From a virus (taxonomy: Duplodnaviria > Caudoviricetes), in IMG/VR virus record IMGVR_UViG_3300033076_000104, positions 1-35,730 of that record: a stretch of DNA of 35,730 bases; one strand, written 5' to 3'. Positions 26,940 to 32,320 of the stretch are shown one piece after another. Below the pieces are notes generated by a model. It did no database searches and was not told the DNA's origin. It saw only the letters and a list, made by a program, of their open reading frames with translations. A program made the position numbers and the translations under genes. How positions within the stretch are numbered: position 1 is the stretch's first letter; each line of letters starts with the position of its first letter.

Positions 26940-27325
26940 TATTCTTCACCTTTAAATTTTAAACCATGCTCCATCATTGCTTGTTTAACAAAATTTAAAC
27001 CTTTTATTCCTAAATTAGGTATTTTTCTCATTTCTTTTTCATTCCATTTACATAAATCTTCTTTCATCCAAATATTTTCACTAATTAAACATCTATGATA
27101 TCTAATTGGCAAATTTAATTCTTTTAAATTAGTATTTTTGTAACGAAACTGATTTTCTTCTTCATTTTTCCATTCTTGCAAAATACTATCACGATGCTCT
27201 ACCATTGCTTTTGCCATTCGATACGCTGTTTGAGCTAAAGCAAAAGGATTTGTAATTCCCATTTTTTCAATTTGCGCTTGCATTGCACAAACAGCAAAAT
27301 GGTCTAATAACTCTTCTTTATTCAT
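26939..27325 (-). CDS. RNA polymerase alpha-subunit C-terminal-domain-like protein fused to a small phage helical domain
   Basis: LKELNLPIRYHRCLISENI....DL......EMRKIPNLGIKGLNFVKQAM..HGL matches the alpha-CTD pattern (L.L.VR..NCL..E.I..I.DL.....ELLK.PNLG.KSL.EI...L...GL). Confidence 0.8.
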   Translation of the reverse strand: MNKEELLDHFAVCAMQAQIEKMGITNPFALAQTAYRMAKAMVEHRDSILQEWKNEEENQFRYKNTNLKELNLPIRYHRCLISENIWMKEDLCKWNEKEMRKIPNLGIKGLNFVKQAMMEHGLKFKGEE

Positions 27326-27870
27326 TATGCAAACTCCTTTTTCTTCTTGTCTTTTGCTTCGATGATTTTCTTTTGTGAAGCAATATCGTTTGCAGATGCT
27401 TTGAAAGCCTTGCTGAACACATCTTTCAGGGATTCTTCGCCATCACAAGCCTGGATAGCAGAAATCCAGTCAGCCAGCTCGCCCATGTCCATGCCCTTAC
27501 GCACAGCAGCGTTTCCATCGTCATCCTCTGGGGCAATCCCGCAAGCAGCCATTAACGAATAGCGCCTGGCGTATGTGAGAGCAGAGCCGTACCCTTGTGG
27601 GTCTTGCTTTGAAGCAGGAACGTGCAGTTTGCCGCAATTCAGGGTTTCGCCAGATTCATGGATAAACGTAGTTTCAACAATCACGCCGTTTGACGACTCA
27701 TGGCAAGTTTGAACAAGAGCAATGCCGTTGTTGTTTAAGCCATCCATTACAGCCTCTACGCAAGCAGCTAAGTCAGCGTAGCGTGATTTGAAGTGAGGGT
27801 TTGTGGATGTTTTTAGCGCAGGACCAAAGGCTTTTTGTGCTTTGACTAACGCTGTGGCTATGTTTTTCAT
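27325..27870 (-). CDS. erf: ERF-family single-strand annealing recombinase; start ATG 27870
   Basis: NPHFKSRYADL, HESGE, QGYGSALTYARRYSL...GIAPEDDDGN. Confidence 0.95.
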   Translation of the reverse strand: MKNIATALVKAQKAFGPALKTSTNPHFKSRYADLAACVEAVMDGLNNNGIALVQTCHESSNGVIVETTFIHESGETLNCGKLHVPASKQDPQGYGSALTYARRYSLMAACGIAPEDDDGNAAVRKGMDMGELADWISAIQACDGEESLKDVFSKAFKASANDIASQKKIIEAKDKKKKEFA

Positions 27871-27899
27871 CAGTTTTCCTTTCAATTATTGAGATGTGT

Positions 27900-27929
27900 A
27901 TTTTAACTATTGTTTTGAATTTCTGTCAA
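27900..27929 (-). promoter_or_regulatory. Sigma70-type promoter for the recombination operon (TTGACA-N18-TAAAAT)
   Basis: -35 at 27929-27924, -10 at 27905-27900, ~30 nt upstream of the erf ATG. Confidence 0.65.
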
Positions 27930-28055
27930 CTGTTTTTCTAAAGATGCAATGTATGCTTGCTGCTCAAGCAGACGCAAAGCGCACTCATTGGCGTAAACGC
28001 TAGGGAATTCCCTAACCAGTTCTGCAAGCTGTTCAATTGTAAATGTCATGTTCAT
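27903..28055 (-). CDS. Small hypothetical protein (50 aa, MNMTFTIEQLAELVREFP...), not in the ORF track
   Basis: Starts at the ATGA of the linker repeat with AAGGAG RBS; open to TAA 27903-27905. Confidence 0.65.
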   Translation of the reverse strand: MNMTFTIEQLAELVREFPSVYANECALRLLEQQAYIASLEKQLTEIQNNS

Positions 28056-28255
28056 GTGTTTTTCTCCTTGAGTTGTGCGTCATGCGCCAAGCCGCCACGA
28101 ATACCTAAATCTTGCTTTGGTTGTGGATGGGTGTACAGTAAAGTCCCGTTTGGTAACGCGTAAAAATCATCTGTTTTAGCGCAAGCCATAACATTACCAG
28201 TTTTACTTACTCTGATATAAGCCACAGGCTCTTGCATCTCTGCTTCTGTGCTCAT
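28052..28255 (-). CDS. Small mosaic early protein (QEPVA...LYTHP...LKEKNT)
   Basis: Linker RBS/ATGA at both ends; EPVA and LYT.P motifs of lambdoid Eaa/Ea22-like mosaics. Confidence 0.7.
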   Translation of the reverse strand: MSTEAEMQEPVAYIRVSKTGNVMACAKTDDFYALPNGTLLYTHPQPKQDLGIRGGLAHDAQLKEKNT

Positions 28256-28458
28256 GTGTTCTTCTCCTTGAGTTTGGCTTCTAAGTCACGGGCAAAACCA
28301 TGCCAGTTGTAATCTTGCTCGTTAGCTTCTAAGGCTTTGAAAACTTCTGCGGCAGTTAACCCTACCCATTGGCGTTTTGGTTTCTCAGGTACGTTTTCTC
28401 TTTCGCAGCCTGACTTTTTGCAAAACCCGCCACAACTTGAACACTGTCTATCCATCAT
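28252..28458 (-). CDS. Small mosaic early protein (CxxCGG.C...C, WVGLT..E, EAKLKEKNT)
   Basis: Linker RBS/ATG; shares its C-terminus with 28052-28255. Confidence 0.7.
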   Translation of the reverse strand: MMDRQCSSCGGFCKKSGCERENVPEKPKRQWVGLTAAEVFKALEANEQDYNWHGFARDLEAKLKEKNT

Positions 28459-28464
28459 GTGTTC

Positions 28465-29061
28465 TTACTCCTTAATACCGTGAACGGCTTCGCAAATCCT
28501 TCTTAATTCTTTTTCTTGTGCATCCCTCGCAGCATCCCCCGCAGCATCCATCGCAGCAGCCCTCGCAGCATCCCTCGCAGCAGCCCACGCAGCATCCCAC
28601 GCAGCATCCCTCGCAGCAGCCCTCGCAGCATCCCTCGCAGCATCCCACGCAGCATCCCTCGCAGCAGCCCTCGCAGCAGCCCACGCAGCAGCCCTCGCAG
28701 CATCCCTCGCAGCAGCCCACGCAGCATCCCACGCAGCAGTTATCGCAGCATCTAATTCTTCATATGTTGCATTTCCGTACGCATATCTTTCAGCAACATT
28801 TAATGCGTCAAGGCTTCGCTTATCGGTCATTAAATGCTGAACCTGTCTAGCGCACCACACAGCAAACAAACGAATCTCTTTATCATGTCCATCAACTGCT
28901 CTTAAACACCATAACGCATCGTCCAGTCCGTTGCTATCTAATATGGTTGTAATAGATAAAAGCTCATCATCTGCTTGTGTTTTGTTTAAATGTTTGAGCA
29001 ACTTTTTCCAGCCATATGCACATGGGCTGTGTTCTCTTATCTTATTTAATGTTGTATTCAT
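28465..29061 (-). CDS. Helical protein with Imm5-like core and AA(R/W)(D/A) tetrapeptide repeats
   Basis: PC..GW.KLL..L...DDALWCL...RLFAVWCARQV.HL..D.RS..AL.VAERYA.G.AT.EEL.AA followed by repeats; AAGGAG RBS. Confidence 0.8.
   Translation of the reverse strand: MNTTLNKIREHSPCAYGWKKLLKHLNKTQADDELLSITTILDSNGLDDALWCLRAVDGHDKEIRLFAVWCARQVQHLMTDKRSLDALNVAERYAYGNATYEELDAAITAAWDAAWAAARDAARAAAWAAARAAARDAAWDAARDAARAAARDAAWDAAWAAARDAARAAAMDAAGDAARDAQEKELRRICEAVHGIKE
28522..28749 (-). repeat. 12-bp coding tandem repeat, 19 units, consensus GCTGCG(A/T)GGG(A/C)T
   Basis: 228 bp = 19 x 12, counted from the translated AAxx units. Confidence 0.95.
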
Positions 29062-29064
29062 CTC

Positions 29065-29706
29065 TTACTCCTTAATGCCTTGGGCGGCTTCGATGGCATC
29101 AATTACTTTTCGCCCTTGCTTTGAAATCGGGCCAGCACCGCCGTTTAATGCAAAGTGATAGCGCAAAACATCGTTCGCCATAATCTGCTCATCCGTCAGC
29201 GGCTTGCGCTGTGGTGGGGGAGCATGAACTGTGACGACACTCAAAGCCCAATTAAGCCATTGCTCTGCCGTCATGTCGTAATACCCAAACGGGCCAACGG
29301 AACACAGGTCTTCGCCCACGCGAATAGCTGCGTTACGCCACGCCACAGGCTCCTGCTCTGGCTGAATTTCCTGCCCCAATCGCTGAACTTCGTACATAGC
29401 TTGTTCTTGCGCTATTCCATCTAATCGACCAGCCTCATACGCATCCCAAGATTCACACTCACAGGTGTAGCGGTCATTCGCGTGACTTGCGTTGCGATTG
29501 AACCCATGAGGCGCTTTGGGATGTGGGTTGCACTTAGGCTCCTGCTCTGGCTGCTCCAATGCTTCTTTGATGGCGATGATGGCTGACATAATTTCTGGAT
29601 GGTCTATTGGTTCAAGTGCTCGAATATCATCCCTCCATCCGTTTATTTCTTTATTTGCCCATAACAACGCCTCAAGCGCCAGCTTCAATGCTTCATCTTT
29701 GTTCAT
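29065..29706 (-). CDS. Mosaic early protein (EALKLALEAL...QPEQEP...EPVAW...RKPLTDEQI...GIKE)
   Basis: ATGA-coupled start; internal 18-bp direct repeat; motifs shared with the adjacent small genes. Confidence 0.75.
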   Translation of the reverse strand: MNKDEALKLALEALLWANKEINGWRDDIRALEPIDHPEIMSAIIAIKEALEQPEQEPKCNPHPKAPHGFNRNASHANDRYTCECESWDAYEAGRLDGIAQEQAMYEVQRLGQEIQPEQEPVAWRNAAIRVGEDLCSVGPFGYYDMTAEQWLNWALSVVTVHAPPPQRKPLTDEQIMANDVLRYHFALNGGAGPISKQGRKVIDAIEAAQGIKE

Positions 29707-29825
29707 ACCAGTGCCTTCGGAGCGTTTGTTGGTGGTTTTGCTTTTTTAACCTTTGGCGGGGCGTAAGGCTTGGTCTTGCTGACCACTTTCCACTTTGGGA
29801 AAGGCCACGAATTAGTTGAACTCAT
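29703..29825 (-). CDS. 40-aa Lys/Pro-rich peptide (MSSTNSWPFPKWKVV...), not in the ORF track
   Basis: ATGA overlaps at both ends; AAGGA RBS. Confidence 0.65.
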   Translation of the reverse strand: MSSTNSWPFPKWKVVSKTKPYAPPKVKKAKPPTNAPKALV

Positions 29826-29902
29826 ATCAATCCTTTCACAATTTCAATCAAAAACGGCACAGACAAGATAAGACCAATTGCTAATGCTTCTAAATATTTC
29901 AT
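29822..29902 (-). CDS. 26-aa single-TM peptide MKYLEALAIGLILSVPFLIEIVKGLI, first gene of the leftward operon, not in the ORF track
   Basis: Strong AAGGAG RBS; downstream of the leftward promoter; ATGA overlap with the next ORF. Confidence 0.7.
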   Translation of the reverse strand: MKYLEALAIGLILSVPFLIEIVKGLI

Positions 29903-29936
29903 CTTTTCTCCTTTTCGTGCAACAACGCACAACGCA

Positions 29937-29965
29937 AGTATGCTACCTTTTAACAATTTGTGCAA
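29937..29965 (-). promoter_or_regulatory. Leftward promoter TTGCAC-N17-CATACT
   Basis: -35 at 29965-29960, -10 at 29942-29937; spacer holds AAATTGTTAAAAGG. Confidence 0.65.
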
Positions 29966-30002
29966 ATATCCCCTGTTTTTGGTCAAGTATTCTAAATTTT
30001 AG

Positions 30003-30031
30003 TTGCAAGATTATAAATTTGTGTTTAAAGT
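30003..30031 (+). promoter_or_regulatory. Rightward promoter TTGCAA-N17-TAAAGT
   Basis: Upstream of the AAGGA RBS and ATG 30057. Confidence 0.6.
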
Positions 30032-30056
30032 TTAGCTGTCAACAAAAGGAACTAAC

Positions 30057-30311
30057 ATGACACTTAATGAATACCTTAGTAAACATGGAACTGGCGCAAA
30101 GTTTGCCAAAGATTTAGGCATCACGCACACTTATCTAAGCATGCTTAAATCAGGCAAGCGCAAGCCATCTCGCAAGCTGGCAATGCTGATGGTGGCTTTG
30201 AGCGAGGGTCAGATTACAGCTGAGTCTTTTGGCTTTACGCCGACCTTTGGCGATAAAGATGTAACAATCCCTGCGGAGTTCCTAGGCAATGACAACACCA
30301 TTCAAAACTAA
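30057..30311 (+). CDS. Cro/YdaS-like HTH regulator
   Basis: MTL.EYL......FAKDLGIT..YLS.L.SGKRKPS...LSEGQIT; first gene of the rightward operon. Confidence 0.85.
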   Translation: MTLNEYLSKHGTGAKFAKDLGITHTYLSMLKSGKRKPSRKLAMLMVALSEGQITAESFGFTPTFGDKDVTIPAEFLGNDNTIQN

Positions 30312-30513
30312 GTCTGGTCTGCTTATCGGCTCAAAATATGAGCCAAAGCAAGCACCACTATACACATCATTTGACGATGACAAAATTCAAGAATCTCTGC
30401 TGCCGACACCAGTTGAGTACGACTTCTGGGAAACCCTGACAGATTACATACTTCAAGGCATATCTTTGTTCATTGGCGTAATGGTTTTGATGATGGTTTT
30501 TGGACTTGTATGA
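30289..30513 (+). CDS. Hypothetical protein with C-terminal TM helix
   Basis: TKSGLLIG..Y.P motif, GGAG RBS, hydrophobic tail. Confidence 0.65.
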   Translation: MTTPFKTKSGLLIGSKYEPKQAPLYTSFDDDKIQESLLPTPVEYDFWETLTDYILQGISLFIGVMVLMMVFGLV

Positions 30514-30740
30514 TGATTGATGACTTAATTCCAATGCGTAAAGGTGCTGTAATAGGCGTTGTGAGTCTTTTGTTGGGAGTTTGCATTGGATATTGGCTTG
30601 CTTACATTCCAATCGCCCAAGCTCGATTAGAAGGCTTTGAGCATGGCGTTCAAACCATCTTGAAAGAGCCAATTACCACCAACGCTTGTTTGAAAGTCCT
30701 TTTTGATTTGCAAGAAGAAACTAACAGGAAAAAGAAATGA
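30510..30740 (+). CDS. Hypothetical membrane-anchored protein
   Basis: N-terminal TM; ATGA coupling. Confidence 0.6.
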   Translation: MMIDDLIPMRKGAVIGVVSLLLGVCIGYWLAYIPIAQARLEGFEHGVQTILKEPITTNACLKVLFDLQEETNRKKK

Positions 30741-30913
30741 ACTATGGAACCAATTGGGGCCACCCAAACGACCCAAGGAATGATGATGACTTTGATGATG
30801 AAGAATTTGATTTATTACTTCAAGACCCACAAATTTATAACTGTTCAGAGTTTGATGAGCCACTTCCTGATGTCAGAATCATCGGCACGAAACTACATCG
30901 GGAAGTTTGTTAA
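30737..30913 (+). CDS. 58-aa highly acidic peptide (MNYGTNWGHPNDPRNDDDFDDEEFD...), not in the ORF track
   Basis: AGGA RBS and ATGA overlap with the upstream stop; 15 D/E versus 4 K/R. Confidence 0.5.
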   Translation: MNYGTNWGHPNDPRNDDDFDDEEFDLLLQDPQIYNCSEFDEPLPDVRIIGTKLHREVC

Positions 30914-30986
30914 ATCAGGAGAACTTGTAAAACACAGGTTAAAAGTTGATAGGAAAACTGCTTACTACTGGAAAGGCGAAAAATGA
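30798..30986 (+). CDS. Small winged-helix DNA-binding protein (start uncertain, 30744-30798)
   Basis: ITVQSLM.HF.MSESSARNYI..FV.SGEL HTH-wing pattern; stop overlaps the next ATG. Confidence 0.65.
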   Translation: MKNLIYYFKTHKFITVQSLMSHFLMSESSARNYIGKFVKSGELVKHRLKVDRKTAYYWKGEK

Positions 30987-31186
30987 AAAAAGTTAAAAAA
31001 GATATTCTTGTAAATATCATGTCTCAACGCTTTATTTCTGCACTAGAGGCTTTTAGACTTGCAGGCACGATGCGTCTTTCAGCTTATGTTTATTTGCTGC
31101 GCCAAGAAGGGTATAACATCATTTCCAAGTGGAATGATGATGTAACAAAGGACTATAAACTTTACAAAATTGTTAAAAGGAACTAA
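30983..31186 (+). CDS. Small winged-helix protein (HTH_39-like)
   Basis: ISALEAF...GTMRLSA.V..LR.EGYNI...W......Y.LY. Confidence 0.75.
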   Translation: MKKVKKDILVNIMSQRFISALEAFRLAGTMRLSAYVYLLRQEGYNIISKWNDDVTKDYKLYKIVKRN

Positions 31187-31189
31187 AAT
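31161..31189 (+). promoter_or_regulatory. Promoter TTTACA-N17-TAAAAT upstream of the replication gene leader
   Basis: Spacer holds the same AAATTGTTAAAAGG box as the leftward promoter. Confidence 0.65.
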
Positions 31190-31194
31190 AGTTT

Positions 31195-31289
31195 GAAACA
31201 TCGGCTAGGTTGTGGGTAGCTCCCATTACCGAAAAGCGAAACCACCCCGCCTGCCGCTTGTTTCTTCAGGGTGGAAATTTGGGTGCGTT
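31195..31289 (+). ncRNA. Candidate structured 5' leader RNA (three-way junction plus possible pseudoknot)
   Basis: GAAACA/TGTTTC and CGGC/GCCG basal stems; TGGG-TAGCT-CCCA arm; GCG-AAACCACCC-CGC arm; loop CCACCC complementary to GGGTGG 31269-31274. Confidence 0.6.
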
Positions 31290-32030
31290 ATGAAATTAAA
31301 ACCAAAAAATTGGGCTGTATTCCAGCACTATAAAAATCGTATGCCTCCTTGGATTAAGTTCCACAGGAATCTGTTAATTGACAGAGAATATATGAGTTTG
31401 CCTATTGCTAGCAAAGCGATAGCGCCATTGCTCTGGTTGCTAGCATCTGAGTCACAAGACGGCTCTTTTGATGCGTCAATTGCTGAACTAAAGTTTAGAC
31501 TGCATTTGACTGAAAAAGAGATTGAAATTGGACTCAAGCCATTGATTGATAAAGGATTTTTCTATTATGCTAGCAAGATGCTAGCAGATTGTCAGCAAGA
31601 TGCTTGCCTAGAGACAGAGAGAGAGAAAGAGAAAGAGGTAGAGAAAGAGGCAAAGAAAGAGTCACAAATTGGTATTTGTCCTCCTAATGTTTCAACAGAA
31701 GTTTGGGAAGAATTCATTTCACACAGAAAATCAAAGAAAGCTAAAGTTACACAACTTGTTATAAACGGAATTGTTAAAGAAGCCAATAAAGCTGGGTGGC
31801 CTGTTGAGGATGCCTTGAAAGAAGTAATAATTAGAAATTGGCAGTCCTTTAAAGCTGAGTGGGTCGCAGCAAAGCAAAACCCTGCTGATGTCGTGCGTCA
31901 TACAGTTCCATCCAAGCAAGAACGTGACCCTGAATTAGTTAGGCTTGAGGAAGAAAGAAAGTTAGCTGTCAAACCCAACCCTGAGATGATGGCAAAGTTA
32001 AAACAATTTACCAATGGGATGAAATTATGA
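31290..32030 (+). CDS. Replication initiator (lambda O-like architecture); start ATG 31290
   Basis: KNW..FQHYK.R.PPWIK N-domain, E/K linker encoded by a purine tract, C-domain W.EF..HRK.KKA..T...W..F...W. Confidence 0.85.
   Translation: MKLKPKNWAVFQHYKNRMPPWIKFHRNLLIDREYMSLPIASKAIAPLLWLLASESQDGSFDASIAELKFRLHLTEKEIEIGLKPLIDKGFFYYASKMLADCQQDACLETEREKEKEVEKEAKKESQIGICPPNVSTEVWEEFISHRKSKKAKVTQLVINGIVKEANKAGWPVEDALKEVIIRNWQSFKAEWVAAKQNPADVVRHTVPSKQERDPELVRLEEERKLAVKPNPEMMAKLKQFTNGMKL
31568..31661 (+). repeat. Putative replication origin: four 11-bp-period iterons followed by a GA-rich tract
   Basis: TGCTAGCAAGA TGCTAGCAGAT TGTCAGCAAGA TGCTTGCCTAG then agagacagagagagagaaagag...; extra TGCTAGCA palindromes at 31406 and 31438. 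Confidence 0.7.
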
Positions 32031-32320
32031 AAGAGATATTTTTTGCTTTGATGATTAGTTCATCATCTGCCCATGCGTTAATCATTGCTGAAATGTATAA
32101 CAAAGCTAACGGCAAAATTGTTATAACTGATGAGGTTTGCAATTTGGGCGGTACTGCAAAACTTGCGTATACGACAATTCCTAATGGGAAAACAGACTTG
32201 GGATGTTGGGTATACGATGAAGATTACATTCACATCAAATGGCAAGAAGGCAATAGATTGCAATCTTATCCATTTGAATTGTGGGATGTAAAAGCAAAAG
32301 CTAAGAGGAATGGAATATGA
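32027..32320 (+). CDS. Hypothetical secreted protein
   Basis: Signal peptide ending SAHA; N..NGKIVIT...C...GCW.......I.W......YP. Confidence 0.7.
   Translation: MKEIFFALMISSSSAHALIIAEMYNKANGKIVITDEVCNLGGTAKLAYTTIPNGKTDLGCWVYDEDYIHIKWQEGNRLQSYPFELWDVKAKAKRNGI

Noticed and set aside
28522-28749. Possible CRISPR array or DGR template/variable repeat
   Set aside because: Units are contiguous with no unique spacers; no cas or reverse-transcriptase gene seen; variation is not adenine-specific between two separated copies.
28472-28850. Alternative-frame ORFs reading CCEG/CCVG (metallothionein-like), MLRG, SIPR and QHPS repeats
   Set aside because: They are automatic by-products of a stop-free 12-bp repeat; only the AA(R/W)(D/A) frame is continuous with a recognisable domain and has an RBS.
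31212-31289. N-terminal extension of the replication protein from 31212
   Set aside because: The region is better explained as a structured RNA leader; the conserved-looking protein begins at ATG 31290.
24254-31289. tRNA genes in the GC-rich intergenic hairpins (24270, 24844, 31195)
   Set aside because: No cloverleaf, T-loop GTTCRA or acceptor-stem/CCA pattern in any of them.
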